A stretch of 32,228 bases of DNA. Source: a virus (lineage: Duplodnaviria; Caudoviricetes). The stretch lies in the IMG/VR virus record IMGVR_UViG_3300043173_000265, positions 1-32,228 of that record, one strand, 5' to 3'. The notes below the pieces were generated by a model that made no database searches, was not told where the DNA came from, and was given only the letters and a program-made list of their open reading frames with translations. Shown one piece after another: positions 18,187-27,291 of this stretch. The translations under genes and the position numbers were made by a program. Numbering within the stretch: position 1 is the first letter of the stretch; each line of letters begins with the position of its first letter.

Positions 18187-18396
18187 AATTCTGCTTCTCC
18201 TTTAACGGACATTTCCGGCCCGGCAGCCACCTCACTCGACTGCCGGGCCTCGCCTTCACCAACCATGTGAGGGGTGGGCTTTGGCGAACTTGTTTCGGGC
18301 GTGCATTTAGGGGACGGAAGTGGCCACGTATCCGGGTGATCAATCGTCATGGTGTAGCCGCAATGTTTGGGCCAACCGTTCGCCAAGGCGCCGGCA

Positions 18397-18711
18397 TTAT
18401 TCTTGTTCCCACTGTAAGTATCGCTGCCACAATATTGGCTTCAGGATTTTGTTAACCCACCACGTAGCGTTGTCTCCATCTTTCTTTGCCGCCCCTTCTT
18501 CACGATGACATTCTGCGCAAAGCGGAACTATCAATGCATCATCTGGTTTTCCGCCCATGATGAAGGCGTTAATTCTACAATGGGCGCCAACAACCGTGCC
18601 ATCCTGTGCCCCGCAAACTTCACAAGCCTGATCTTTGAAGGAACGGCGATATTTCTTGTCAATCAGACGCTGCTGTTTCTGTGCCGGGGGCGGCTGGTAT
18701 ATTGTGGTCAC
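18397..18711 (-). CDS. DUF968/Ref-like Zn-binding putative nuclease
   Basis: CEVCG...AH...GGKPDD...VPLCAECH. Confidence 0.7.
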   Translation of the reverse strand: MTTIYQPPPAQKQQRLIDKKYRRSFKDQACEVCGAQDGTVVGAHCRINAFIMGGKPDDALIVPLCAECHREEGAAKKDGDNATWWVNKILKPILWQRYLQWEQE

Positions 18712-18992
18712 CGCAACATCGCTTTTATTCTGCCGTCACTTTCTTGGGCGCGATCTGCCGCTTGACTGATGACAATAGGCGTTTTTTGCCACCGCTTTAA
18801 CGCTCGCCGAATCTTTAATTTTTCGAGAATTGAAAATTTCCGTATTTCTGGCGTCCAAAGACTAATGAACCAAAATCCATTCGAGGTCCAAACCCGGATG
18901 CCATTCACATGGTCGGCAGTATGCTCACGTTGCTGCCACTTCGTCGGGTCAGCATCAAGACTTTCAATAATCTGGTCTGCAAGTGTGGTCAT
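18708..18992 (-). CDS. Hypothetical protein
   Basis: GGAG RBS, coupled. Confidence 0.6.
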   Translation of the reverse strand: MTTLADQIIESLDADPTKWQQREHTADHVNGIRVWTSNGFWFISLWTPEIRKFSILEKLKIRRALKRWQKTPIVISQAADRAQESDGRIKAMLR

Positions 18993-19189
18993 TTCAATTC
19001 TCCATATACATAAACCCGCTCACCCTTCGAATTCTGCACAGCCACCCAATCCGGCGGTGTTTCCCGGCCCAGCGCATCCCTGCCACGCGGGCCTTCAACT
19101 AGGACAATGCCGTCGGTACTGGAAAGCCGCCTTACCGTGCGGATTTCGATGGGCTTGCGGCTGCCTAGGCTTTTGGGGTTTGGCGTCAT
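18989..19189 (-). CDS. Hypothetical protein
   Basis: ATGA coupling on both sides. Confidence 0.55.
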   Translation of the reverse strand: MTPNPKSLGSRKPIEIRTVRRLSSTDGIVLVEGPRGRDALGRETPPDWVAVQNSKGERVYVYGELK

Positions 19190-19530
19190 CGCAATGTCAT
19201 TTCAGCCCTGCGGCTGCTTTCCTGCGAGCGCATCAACTCAATCCAAACCTTGTAGACATCGAAGTTCACCCGTGCACGGGCGGCTGTCTTTCTGGCCGTT
19301 GCCAGCGCCTCCAAATGCTTCATGAATTTATCCGACCGCCGCGCGTCGGCTTCCGATGCAGCGTTGGATTTCTCCGGCGAACCCGCCATGGCGTTTGCCA
19401 TCACCGATTTGGTCGCGTCGTCTAGCGCCTTGTACGCTGCGTCCGCATCCGCCCATTCCATGCCGCGCTTGCTCAGTTCGTGAGCAATGGCGTCTGGGTC
19501 GAAGCGTGAGTTGTGGCCCATGTTATTCAT
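19186..19530 (-). CDS. Coiled-coil hypothetical protein
   Basis: Start coupled to the ssb stop; MGHN...EADARRS...RSQESSRRAEM. Confidence 0.7.
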   Translation of the reverse strand: MNNMGHNSRFDPDAIAHELSKRGMEWADADAAYKALDDATKSVMANAMAGSPEKSNAASEADARRSDKFMKHLEALATARKTAARARVNFDVYKVWIELMRSQESSRRAEMTLR

Positions 19531-19991
19531 CAGAACGGAATATCTCCGCTTGGGCCATCTTGCGGGCTTTGATCGTACCCGCCTTGCCCGGCGTTCTGGC
19601 GGTTGTCGCCACCCCCACTTTGTTGTCCACCCCCCTGGCTCGGCGCGTCCAACATCGTCAGTTCGCCGCGATAGCGCTGTAAGACAACCTCGGTGCTGTA
19701 CTTGTCGTTGCCGCTCTGGTCCTGCCATTTGCGGGTTTGAAGTTGGCCTTCGAGATAGACCTTGCTGCCCTTCTTGAGATATTGCTGGGCGATTTTCCCA
19801 AGGTGCTCGTTCCATATCGTGACTCTGTGCCACTCGGTTTTTTCTTTCTTTTCGCCAGAGTTCTTGTCTTTCCAGCTTTCGGAGGTAGCGACGGATAGGT
19901 TGACCACCGCATCGCCGTTCTGCATGTTTTTGACTTCGGGATCGCGGCCAAGCGACCCTATGAGAATGACTTTATTCACACTTCCTGCCAT
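19530..19991 (-). CDS. ssb: Single-stranded DNA-binding protein
   Basis: [36 protein letters not shown]-terminal DIPF. Confidence 0.97.
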   Translation of the reverse strand: MAGSVNKVILIGSLGRDPEVKNMQNGDAVVNLSVATSESWKDKNSGEKKEKTEWHRVTIWNEHLGKIAQQYLKKGSKVYLEGQLQTRKWQDQSGNDKYSTEVVLQRYRGELTMLDAPSQGGGQQSGGGDNRQNAGQGGYDQSPQDGPSGDIPF

Positions 19992-19994
19992 GAT

Positions 19995-20705
19995 TTATTC
20001 CTCTTCCATTTGTTTGGCCACTTCGCCCGCCTTGTTGCGGATGTATGTCGCGGTATCGTCAGGGAGATTGGCGAGGAACTTTTTGTGCTCCGCCATAAGC
20101 GCCTCGACTTTTTCAATGCTGTCGGCTGCGTCGAGGTCGGCCACCAATCGGGTCGCAAGCGCCTTGTCGCGTTCGTTCACGCGGGCCTGGGCCTGGGCGG
20201 TTTCTTCCTTTGCTGCCGCAACGTCGGCCTTGGACGCAGCGCCCTGGTGTTCGACTTCCTCACCCCCGCTGTCGTCGTAGCTGGACAGCATGAACATTTT
20301 CAGATGCGCGACCTTGAGGGCGTAGGACATAGCCTTTCCCGGCCCTTTGTCGGAATTGTCGGCGCCATAGCCGACCACCAGAATACCGATGCGGTCGGCT
20401 TTGTCGTCGATGGAGACGTAATCGACTTGTAGATCAATCTCTATCCGGTTGCCGTTGTCGCGGTGTTCCTTGACGGTGGGAATGGCGATGACGCCTTGCT
20501 CGATCATGGCCGCGCGGATGTGTGTCGTCACCGCGTCGTGGGACACGTAATCGTACATCTTCTTGTTGTTGGCCGTCTTTACTTCGCTGTCCTTTTCAAG
20601 CGTGTCGAGGACCGCCTGAATGGCGCTGATGCGTTGGTAGATGTTCAGCCGTGGTTCGGATTCGGCAGTCTCTGGTCTATCGGCCACGTTATCTTGCTTA
20701 TCCAT
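19995..20705 (-). CDS. ERF-family single-strand annealing recombinase
   Basis: NIYQRI...YDYVSHD and GYGADNSDKGPGKAMSYALK...F...DD; next to ssb; start approximate. Confidence 0.75.
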   Translation of the reverse strand: MDKQDNVADRPETAESEPRLNIYQRISAIQAVLDTLEKDSEVKTANNKKMYDYVSHDAVTTHIRAAMIEQGVIAIPTVKEHRDNGNRIEIDLQVDYVSIDDKADRIGILVVGYGADNSDKGPGKAMSYALKVAHLKMFMLSSYDDSGGEEVEHQGAASKADVAAAKEETAQAQARVNERDKALATRLVADLDAADSIEKVEALMAEHKKFLANLPDDTATYIRNKAGEVAKQMEEE

Positions 20706-20974
20706 GTCCATTCCTCTTCGGTGATTTCCTTGCCCCATTCCCAGACTTTATCAACGCCGGGGGATTCAATGCCGTCGATCTTGTAGTCATTAACCAGCAC
20801 TCCATCGATTTCGCCGACAAGCGCCGGCCAGCGGTCGCATATATGAAGGGTGCCCGGCTCAAACGGGATAGGCCGGTAAATGCGTGCAGGCTTCCATGGT
20901 CCCCGCCGCCAGGCCCGGAGTTTGAAATATCCGGGGCGCGGGTGGTCGGTGTATCTGGGCGCGAAGTCATTCAT
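20645..20974 (-). CDS. Hypothetical protein
   Basis: GGGGAG RBS; PRPGYFKLR..RRGPWKPARIY motif. Confidence 0.7.
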   Translation of the reverse strand: MNDFAPRYTDHPRPGYFKLRAWRRGPWKPARIYRPIPFEPGTLHICDRWPALVGEIDGVLVNDYKIDGIESPGVDKVWEWGKEITEEEWTWISKITWPIDQRLPNPNHG

Positions 20975-21152
20975 TGCTCCCCGCCAGTTTCAGCAGGCGT
21001 TCGCCCGCATAAGTGAGTTGGCTGGAAAAACGAGCCGATACGCCGGGAAACTTCCGGTGGCCGTCTTCCAGGTCCGCGACCGTGGATAAAACCGCGTTCA
21101 GGTCGATTTCGTAATCTTCCGCCGTGTACCAGTTGTTTAGATGCTCGCTCAC
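20967..21152 (-). CDS. Hypothetical protein
   Basis: GTGA-coupled start (VSEHLNNWY...). Confidence 0.45.
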   Translation of the reverse strand: MSEHLNNWYTAEDYEIDLNAVLSTVADLEDGHRKFPGVSARFSSQLTYAGERLLKLAGSNE

Positions 21153-21265
21153 GATAGCCACCCCGCCACCGCCGGATAAATCAAGTAAGCCCAGAACCCA
21201 AAGCCAAGCCCAATCGGTACGGCAGCCAGGGTGAAGACGAAAGCGGCGGCGGGCTTGATGGTCAT
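21149..21265 (-). CDS. Small membrane peptide, 38 aa
   Basis: MTIKPAAAFVFTLAAVPIGLGFGFWAYLIYPAVAGWLS; coupled on both sides. Confidence 0.45.
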   Translation of the reverse strand: MTIKPAAAFVFTLAAVPIGLGFGFWAYLIYPAVAGWLS

Positions 21266-21837
21266 GACGCATCCCCTGGCAGAAGGTTTGTGAGGATTTC
21301 ATACGCTTCCGCATCGCCATATTCGGCCATCGCCCTAATGTATTCAACCATTGCCGGAACGGTGGCTATCAGGCGAGCGTGCATATCTCGCTCGGGGTCC
21401 GGCGCGTCATAGGGTGTTTTGCGCGTCCGGTCGATCCTTGAGGCGACGGTGCATATCTGGCCGTTGTCGTCGGACACATAGCATTCGCCATTATTGCCAA
21501 GGTGGCGAGGGACTTCGCGGCCCAACTCTTTCAGCAGGGCCACATCATCGTCACTCAGGGTCGTCTCTCTGAATATCCAAGAACCACTGCTCGGAAGAAT
21601 ATCCAGGAACGCTTCCAGCAGGGCCTTTTCTGTTACTTTGAGCATGATAGTTTCTCCATTTCCATACATATCATCCACAACCAACTTCGCATGTCCCGCT
21701 GGATACTCAAGTGCGCGCAGTTCGATTTCCGCCTTCTCCCGGTCTATCTCTCCCGAGACAAGCTGTTCTGCTATGAGGTCGGTACGGTCCATGTGGTTGG
21801 GTTTGGTCATGGGTTCACTCATCCTTGGCTTTGGCAT
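21262..21837 (-). CDS. Hypothetical protein
   Basis: 191-aa ORF with HARLIATVPAM motif; start uncertain. Confidence 0.65.
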   Translation of the reverse strand: MPKPRMSEPMTKPNHMDRTDLIAEQLVSGEIDREKAEIELRALEYPAGHAKLVVDDMYGNGETIMLKVTEKALLEAFLDILPSSGSWIFRETTLSDDDVALLKELGREVPRHLGNNGECYVSDDNGQICTVASRIDRTRKTPYDAPDPERDMHARLIATVPAMVEYIRAMAEYGDAEAYEILTNLLPGDAS

Positions 21838-22387
21838 ATTTTTCGCCCGTAGGCATAGAGAGTGCCTTGCGAATGGCGCGAAAGCCTCGCTCTAGGCATT
21901 CGGCATCCGCCAAGCCGCCGTTCTGTATTACGGGTTCGAAGTTTGGGTTTTCCGGGTCTTCAACTAACGCAGCCAGTTCGAAGTTTGCAATTAACAGCGC
22001 ATTCCGCAGATTATCCGCACAGCCGGCCAGGGCGTCGGGGTCTTCGTTACTGCGGGCGGCGGAAAGGGCTGTGGTGGCGTTGTCGAGTACGGCCACATCG
22101 CGGAAACCACCATAGGTGTCGGACAGTAAATCGGCGTGTTCGTCGGCAAGCTTTTCCAAAACATCAGCCAGTTCCGTATTGCTCGCCTTAAGCCGGTCGC
22201 GTTCGGCGGCCAATCCTTCATGGGCGTTAACGCGCTGGACGATGAATTCGGCCTCACCCACAAGCACGTCCATCGCAATTACAACGTCTGAATTTGGCGC
22301 GACAATGTTCGCTTCGCCGTCGGCACTACAACCATTGCCCCATGGCTCTACTGCCCAAGGTCCTGGCGTATGCTTATCCTGTGCCAT
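21815..22387 (-). CDS. HTPGPW-motif phage protein
   Basis: KHTPGPWAV...AEFIVQRVNAHEGL. Confidence 0.7.
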   Translation of the reverse strand: MAQDKHTPGPWAVEPWGNGCSADGEANIVAPNSDVVIAMDVLVGEAEFIVQRVNAHEGLAAERDRLKASNTELADVLEKLADEHADLLSDTYGGFRDVAVLDNATTALSAARSNEDPDALAGCADNLRNALLIANFELAALVEDPENPNFEPVIQNGGLADAECLERGFRAIRKALSMPTGEKYAKAKDE

Positions 22388-22651
22388 CTACTCACCCCTT
22401 GCCTTGGAAAGAGCAGCGCGTGCGCTCTTGACGGTGTCCCAGTCAGCGCCGTAGAGATATTCAATTGTGCCAACGGTGTTTTCCAGCGCCCCGTACATCG
22501 GGCCACATTGCTCACGGGCATGAATGATTGCCGCCAGATACCCGGCGTCATAGCCGGCGCCATACGAGTTCATGGCTTCTTTGTGGCTTTCGGCGGCGTT
22601 CTCTTGAGCGCGCTCAAGGTCGTCAGCGAGTAGTTTCGTATCCTGTGCCAT
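22388..22651 (-). CDS. Hypothetical protein
   Basis: GGAGG RBS; MAQDTK...ARAALSKARGE. Confidence 0.65.
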   Translation of the reverse strand: MAQDTKLLADDLERAQENAAESHKEAMNSYGAGYDAGYLAAIIHAREQCGPMYGALENTVGTIEYLYGADWDTVKSARAALSKARGE

Positions 22652-23328
22652 CACGCCGCCTCCGCTTTCGCTTCGATCCAGCCCCGGCCGATCGCTTCCG
22701 CATAAAGCGCCTCGATCTTGGCAAGGCAGGTCGGCACGTGGCCGTTGCCGGCGTAGACGTCGCCGTAATACGCGCGGGCATCCTCGATACTGTTCCATTC
22801 CTGACAGCCGGCTTCGTAGACGACGTGGCCGTCTTTGTGCAGCCAAGCCCAGAACCGGTAGCCACGCGGGTCGCAGCCGGCATCCGCGAGATAGGCACGC
22901 GGGTCGCAGCCGGCATCCGCGAGATCGGCACCCGCGAGATCGGCACCCGCGAGATTGGCACCCGCGAGATCGGCACCCGCGAGATTGGCACCCGCGAGAT
23001 TGGCACGCGCGAGATAGGCACCCGCGAGATTGGCACCCGCGAGATTGGCACGCGCGAGATAGGCACGCGCGAGATAGGCACCCGCGAGATTGGCACCCGC
23101 GAGATTGGCACGCGCGAGATAGGCACCCGCGAGATTGGCACCCGCGAGATTGGCACGCGCGAGATTGGCACGCGCGAGATCGGCACCCGCGAGATCGGCA
23201 CCCGCCTTAACCGCCAGCTTGACTGCCGCCCCCAATTGCAGACGGTGGCTTTTCATCTCGAATTCCGCCGATAGTTCGGCTTCAAAAAGGACGGCGCCGC
23301 TATAGCGATGTTTGATTTGGAATTTCAT
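22651..23328 (-). CDS. Pentapeptide repeat protein
   Basis: GGAGG RBS, start [16 protein letters not shown]; 19 A(D/N/Y)LA(G/R/D) units. Confidence 0.92.
   Translation of the reverse strand: MKFQIKHRYSGAVLFEAELSAEFEMKSHRLQLGAAVKLAVKAGADLAGADLARANLARANLAGANLAGAYLARANLAGANLAGAYLARAYLARANLAGANLAGAYLARANLAGANLAGADLAGANLAGADLAGADLADAGCDPRAYLADAGCDPRGYRFWAWLHKDGHVVYEAGCQEWNSIEDARAYYGDVYAGNGHVPTCLAKIEALYAEAIGRGWIEAKAEAA
22863..23204. repeat. 15-bp coding tandem repeat plus a 33-bp-period duplication
   Basis: Unit ggcac(c/g)cgcgagat(t/c/a) about 19 times; cacgcgggtcgcagccggcatccgcgagat at 22863 and 22896. Confidence 0.95.
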
Positions 23329-23783
23329 CACCCCACCTCCACCCGCCGAAGTTCCCGTTCGATAGCCGCCAAGTCCGCGGTCAACTGAGTAGGAGCGTCG
23401 TTGCACACTGCTAGAATGGGGGCTTGGCCCGAGCGCGTTTTCAACAGTTCGTCCCGGCGCCGGCGCAGGCACAGCGCGTAGATCACTTCATCGTTCATGG
23501 GCCGGATATCGCTAGGCCCGACCGTTGTATCTATTGCGCCACCGATGCTATCGGCCAGCCGTTCGATTTCGGGGGAGAGGTAATCCGAAACCAGATCGTC
23601 AAGTCCCGAGAGGAATTCACCAATCGCCGTTTGCGTCCGCGTGTCGTTCAGGAGGCCGGCCAGCTTGGCAAGTTCGTGTTCCAGCCCACCAATCCGCGAG
23701 GTGATGATGTCGATGGTATCGTGGTCGTCGCAATCCGAATTGAGCTTGTGGTCGTAGCGTTCTGTTTCCTGGGTGTAGGTCAT
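23328..23783 (-). CDS. Hypothetical protein, first gene of the leftward arm
   Basis: GGAGG RBS, 151 aa, acidic/helical, no HTH seen. Confidence 0.7.
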   Translation of the reverse strand: MTYTQETERYDHKLNSDCDDHDTIDIITSRIGGLEHELAKLAGLLNDTRTQTAIGEFLSGLDDLVSDYLSPEIERLADSIGGAIDTTVGPSDIRPMNDEVIYALCLRRRRDELLKTRSGQAPILAVCNDAPTQLTADLAAIERELRRVEVG

Positions 23784-23832
23784 GGGGTTCAGCCCTCCGC
23801 CTTGGCGATGTCACCGCTTGTGCGGGAACAAC

Positions 23833-23916
23833 ATTATCTATAAACACAAGTTGGGTTGCTGTCAACAGCTAATCCGGATTATCTGTTTGACACCCCCCCC
23901 GGTTTGGGTTTATGCT
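23833..23916. promoter_or_regulatory. Divergent sigma70-type promoters with a central palindrome
   Basis: Rightward TTGACA(23887)-N18-TATGCT(23911); leftward TTGACA (23865-23860) with TATAGATAAT downstream; TAATCCGGATTA palindrome at 23870-23881. Confidence 0.75.
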
Positions 23917-23923
23917 TCCCGGC

Positions 23924-24118
23924 ATGAAACTGAAAGACTATCTGGAATTCAAAAAACTTACCCCTGCCGAATTTGGCGAACGTGTTGACGCCAGCGAGCA
24001 CGCGGTATTGAAATGGGCACGCGGCGAACGCACCCCCAGGCCGGTATTCATGCAGCGTATCGCACAGAGTACAGAACGCATGGTGACGGCAAATGATTTT
24101 GTGGAGGAAGCACAATGA
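23924..24118 (+). CDS. Cro-like HTH regulator
   Basis: MKLKDYL...LTPAEFGERVDASEHAVLKWARGERTP...VTANDF; first gene after the rightward promoter. Confidence 0.85.
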   Translation: MKLKDYLEFKKLTPAEFGERVDASEHAVLKWARGERTPRPVFMQRIAQSTERMVTANDFVEEAQ

Positions 24119-24285
24119 CACGCCGGCTCATCCTCGAATACGGCAGCGTCCTCATGATTGGCGGCTGGCTCAGCACAACCACTGTATTCGCGGCATACGG
24201 CATTTGGTCTAGCGCATTTTTCGCCGCCGAACTAACTCTGCTGCAAATTTGGCTTTGTATTATCGCACATAAACGGAGCGCATGA
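24115..24285 (+). CDS. Small membrane protein, 56 aa
   Basis: GGAGG RBS; ATGA coupling on both sides; hydrophobic. Confidence 0.55.
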   Translation: MTRRLILEYGSVLMIGGWLSTTTVFAAYGIWSSAFFAAELTLLQIWLCIIAHKRSA

Positions 24286-24740
24286 TGGACCCGACCCCCG
24301 TACTTCCGCCCCCGCAACAAGATGCCGTGGACAGGTGGAAAGATAAACACTGTCCCGACGCGCTGGCGGGTAGGTCATTCGTAATGACGGAGTGCGAGAG
24401 AGGGCATCTAGGCGTCGGCACGGCGCAACATGAAACAAGCCCCCGCGAGAGAAAACGTCATTACGCGGCCAAACTTAGCGACGACGAAGTGCGGGAAATC
24501 CGCAGGTGCGCAAAGGCGGGCGAATCAATGGTTGCTCTAGCCGCAGAATTTGGCGTGACAAAAAGCACTGTTTACAAGATTAAGCAAAGGGTGATCCACG
24601 CCCGAATAAAAGACGAGCCAACCCACGCCGATGTATCGAGCAGCGATAGCTTCAATAACAAGGAAGACAACGTTAGATCCCTTCCGGCTGACTCGCTGGA
24701 AAAGTACATGGCCATTAACATGAAACGCAACGCGTCATGA
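24282..24740 (+). CDS. HTH DNA-binding protein
   Basis: AKLSDDEVREIR...LAAEFGVTKSTVYKI. Confidence 0.75.
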   Translation: MMDPTPVLPPPQQDAVDRWKDKHCPDALAGRSFVMTECERGHLGVGTAQHETSPRERKRHYAAKLSDDEVREIRRCAKAGESMVALAAEFGVTKSTVYKIKQRVIHARIKDEPTHADVSSSDSFNNKEDNVRSLPADSLEKYMAINMKRNAS

Positions 24741-24958
24741 CCCCGGAACTGGAAAGATTATTGGAGCAGGCCCGCAACGCACCGCCAATGACGCCCGCGC
24801 AGATGTGGGACCAGCGAGTGTCTTATGCCTACGGAATGCTGCCGTTTAGCTCCACAAGAACCCGTGAACAGGTTGAGGCGGCCGTAATCAAGGCATATGG
24901 CCCCAGGCCCGAAGACACGCCAACCCAGGCCGAGAAGCTGAACAGGTTCGCGTTATGA
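24737..24958 (+). CDS. Hypothetical protein
   Basis: Coupled; MTPAQMWDQRVSYAYG motif. Confidence 0.65.
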   Translation: MTPELERLLEQARNAPPMTPAQMWDQRVSYAYGMLPFSSTRTREQVEAAVIKAYGPRPEDTPTQAEKLNRFAL

Positions 24959-25275
24959 AGCCGCTGCAAAACAAATATGAAGTTTGTGAGCGCGCGGCGA
25001 CGGCCCTAGTTACTGCCGGTTTTATTCTTGACTACGTGTCGCAGAAATCCGAAGCCCGCTACTACCGATGGCCGGATCGTGATGACTTATTAAGGCTGGC
25101 AGCACATAGAAAAAAGACTGAACCGCCGGGCATGAAACGCATTGCGTCTAAGCTGACTTTCAACGGTAGCATTCACATCCTACCTGATGAAATTCGCATT
25201 GCTGATGAGAAAATCGAAGGCGCCGTTGCGCAGGCAATAGGCCGTTATTTCCTGAATTCGGACGCGCAATCATGA
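24955..25275 (+). CDS. Hypothetical protein
   Basis: Coupled 106-aa ORF. Confidence 0.65.
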   Translation: MKPLQNKYEVCERAATALVTAGFILDYVSQKSEARYYRWPDRDDLLRLAAHRKKTEPPGMKRIASKLTFNGSIHILPDEIRIADEKIEGAVAQAIGRYFLNSDAQS

Positions 25276-25478
25276 CGGCCCTCTACATCATTCTAGTCAT
25301 AGCCGGGTATCTGGCGGTGGGGGTTGGTGTGGCGGGGTGCTGCCGTTTCTTCGACCCGGAACATTTCAACAATCAAAATACCGTGCCGTTCGGGTTTATT
25401 TGGCCCGTGGCTTTGGCCGCCATTGCAGTCGTCTTAATTCAAAAATTTCGGAGTTACCGACGGGGGCGGAAATCATGA
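25272..25478 (+). CDS. Two-TM membrane protein
   Basis: Two hydrophobic segments, IWP motif, basic tail. Confidence 0.65.
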   Translation: MTALYIILVIAGYLAVGVGVAGCCRFFDPEHFNNQNTVPFGFIWPVALAAIAVVLIQKFRSYRRGRKS

Positions 25479-25724
25479 GCGACAGTTTCTACAAGTGGCT
25501 CGCGGCGGCGCTGAAAGGCGCACGTTTGGGGCCAGAAAGTACCAGACCGGTGGACGCCCTTTTGACCGCCCGGTTGCCGTTTCCCGAAATTCAATCCCCG
25601 GCAGCACGAGTAAGCGTTTTGCAGGCGCGTCGCTGCCGGGTTTCGCGCCTGTATCGAGCCTCCCTGTCACTTGCCCAGCCCCGGTCTCATGGGGCTGGGC
25701 CTCTTTTTGAATATGGACTTGTAA

Positions 25725-26138
25725 ATGTTACCTGACCATTTCTGGGACAAAGTGCAAGCGGAACCCAACAGCGGCTGTTGGCTTTGGGAGGGAAGTCTTT
25801 CGCATAATGGATATGCATCTATGGGCTTTAACGGGAAGACCAGCAGGGCGCACAGGGTTGCATACGAAATTTTGGTAGGACCAATACCTAAAGACCTTCA
25901 GCTTGACCATTTGTGCCGAGTTCGAAATTGCGTAAACCCGGAACATCTAGAGCCCGTTACCGACAAGGAGAACAAGCGGCGCAGTCCATTCTTCCATAAA
26001 ACACACTGCAAGCACGGCCACCGATTAAGTGATGGCAACACGTACATCTGCACGCGCGGCTACAAAAAATGCAGAATCTGCATAGCACGGAACAAAGAAC
26101 GCCAATGTGCGAAACAGGCGCTGGACAAAGCAGCATGA
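25725..26138 (+). CDS. HNH endonuclease
   Basis: GCWLW, RAHRVAY, LDHLCRVRNCVNPEHLEPVT..EN, THCKHGH, CRIC. Confidence 0.92.
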   Translation: MLPDHFWDKVQAEPNSGCWLWEGSLSHNGYASMGFNGKTSRAHRVAYEILVGPIPKDLQLDHLCRVRNCVNPEHLEPVTDKENKRRSPFFHKTHCKHGHRLSDGNTYICTRGYKKCRICIARNKERQCAKQALDKAA

Positions 26139-26413
26139 CCGAGGGCCACAACGCCATAGCAGGCGACCACCTCCGCACCTTCATTGAGCGGGTAGAGCGC
26201 CTGGACGAAGAAAAGCAGGCGCTCACGATCGACATTCGCGAGGTTTACGCCGAGGCCAAATCATCCGGCTTCGACGTGAAAATCATCCGCAAGCTGGTGG
26301 CTGAACGTCGCGTGCAGGAAACCGAGCGCGACGAACAGCGGGCGTTGCTGGATATGTACCGGGACGCGATTGATTTCAAGAAGACGCCGCTGGGGCGGGC
26401 TGCCAATGGGTAA
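26135..26413 (+). CDS. GapR/DUF2312-family DNA-binding protein
   Basis: LRTFIERVERLDEEK...DIREVYAEAKSSGFDVKIIRKLV. Confidence 0.92.
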   Translation: MTEGHNAIAGDHLRTFIERVERLDEEKQALTIDIREVYAEAKSSGFDVKIIRKLVAERRVQETERDEQRALLDMYRDAIDFKKTPLGRAANG

Positions 26414-26726
26414 GTCACAACGAGACAAGGGCGCAAGAGTGGAACGTGAATTCGTGAATATGCACAAGACAGCGGGAATTCATGCCGAGCGCGTGCCCAT
26501 GTCCGGTGCGTCTGCATATACCCACGACGCCGATATCGACGTGTACGCATTTGGCAAAGATGAAGCCCCGCTTATCTGTGAAGTGAAGGCCAGGAAAAAC
26601 GGCGCCGGCTTCAAAACCATCGAAGACTGGCTGGGCGAAAACGACGCCCTATTTCTGAAGCGCAACAATGCCGAACCGATGGTGGTCGTACCGTGGCGGG
26701 TTTGGCAAAGGCTGGTGTCGTCATGA
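26406..26726 (+). CDS. PD-(D/E)xK Holliday junction resolvase-like nuclease
   Basis: MGKSQRDKGARVERE, RVPMSGA, D...CEVKARK. Confidence 0.85.
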   Translation: MGKSQRDKGARVEREFVNMHKTAGIHAERVPMSGASAYTHDADIDVYAFGKDEAPLICEVKARKNGAGFKTIEDWLGENDALFLKRNNAEPMVVVPWRVWQRLVSS

Positions 26727-27016
26727 GAGAAAAACGCCTCGTAGGCTGGACAGACGAAGACGAAAAGCTGCTCATGGCCTTGCGTGCAGCCAAAGTACCG
26801 TTCGAGAAGATCCGTACCGTGCTATCGCAGACCCGCTCAATCGAAGCCCTGCAAAGCCGTGTATGGAAACTGGCCAACCCGGATTTATACGTTCAGAAGA
26901 TAGCCAAGCAGGAAATCTACAATAAAAACCGCTACGACCGAATACGGAACGGCACCGCATACGGCTACCACGCCCAGGAATGGCCGGAAGACGTGCGGTT
27001 TGGGCCGAGGCAATGA
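26723..27016 (+). CDS. GcrA-N/Myb-like HTH protein
   Basis: WTDEDEKLLMAL...I...L..RSIEALQSRVWKL. Confidence 0.6.
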   Translation: MREKRLVGWTDEDEKLLMALRAAKVPFEKIRTVLSQTRSIEALQSRVWKLANPDLYVQKIAKQEIYNKNRYDRIRNGTAYGYHAQEWPEDVRFGPRQ

Positions 27017-27282
27017 AATATCTAAAATGGCGAGCCGAAAACGAAGCCTTGATACTGAAGATGGCCAACGACGGGCTACCATACGCGGAAATCGCCGTTG
27101 CCATGGAATGCAGCAAGCAGGCTATCCAGATACAGCTTACCCGGCTCGGCTACAGCAGGCCGCCAGACCAAAGACGCACCCAGGCACCGTTCGGCTATCG
27201 TGACGCCAAATGGCCAACGAAAACATGGTTTGGGCCGAAACATACGAAACCGGATTTCGCAGCAGCGGGCGGTGGTGAATGA
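27013..27282 (+). CDS. GcrA-N-like HTH protein
   Basis: W..ENEALILKMANDGLPYAEIAVAMECSKQAIQIQLTRLG. Confidence 0.65.
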   Translation: MKYLKWRAENEALILKMANDGLPYAEIAVAMECSKQAIQIQLTRLGYSRPPDQRRTQAPFGYRDAKWPTKTWFGPKHTKPDFAAAGGGE

Positions 27283-27291
27283 GGTTTTGGG

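Noticed and set aside
18187-18396. tRNA or ncRNA in this gap
   Set aside because: No T-loop/D-loop consensus; only a weak Pro-rich ORF (18183-18350) that I cannot support firmly.
22863-23204. CRISPR array or DGR template/variable repeat
   Set aside because: Units are contiguous 15-mers without spacers and are in frame as pentapeptides. Variation includes G/C positions. No cas or reverse transcriptase gene is present.
22528-23274. ORFs with REIGT or VPISR repeats
   Set aside because: Shadow frames of the pentapeptide gene.
25475-25735. Gene between the membrane protein and the HNH endonuclease
   Set aside because: Two competing frames (25475 and 25495) and no motif to choose between them; left uncalled.
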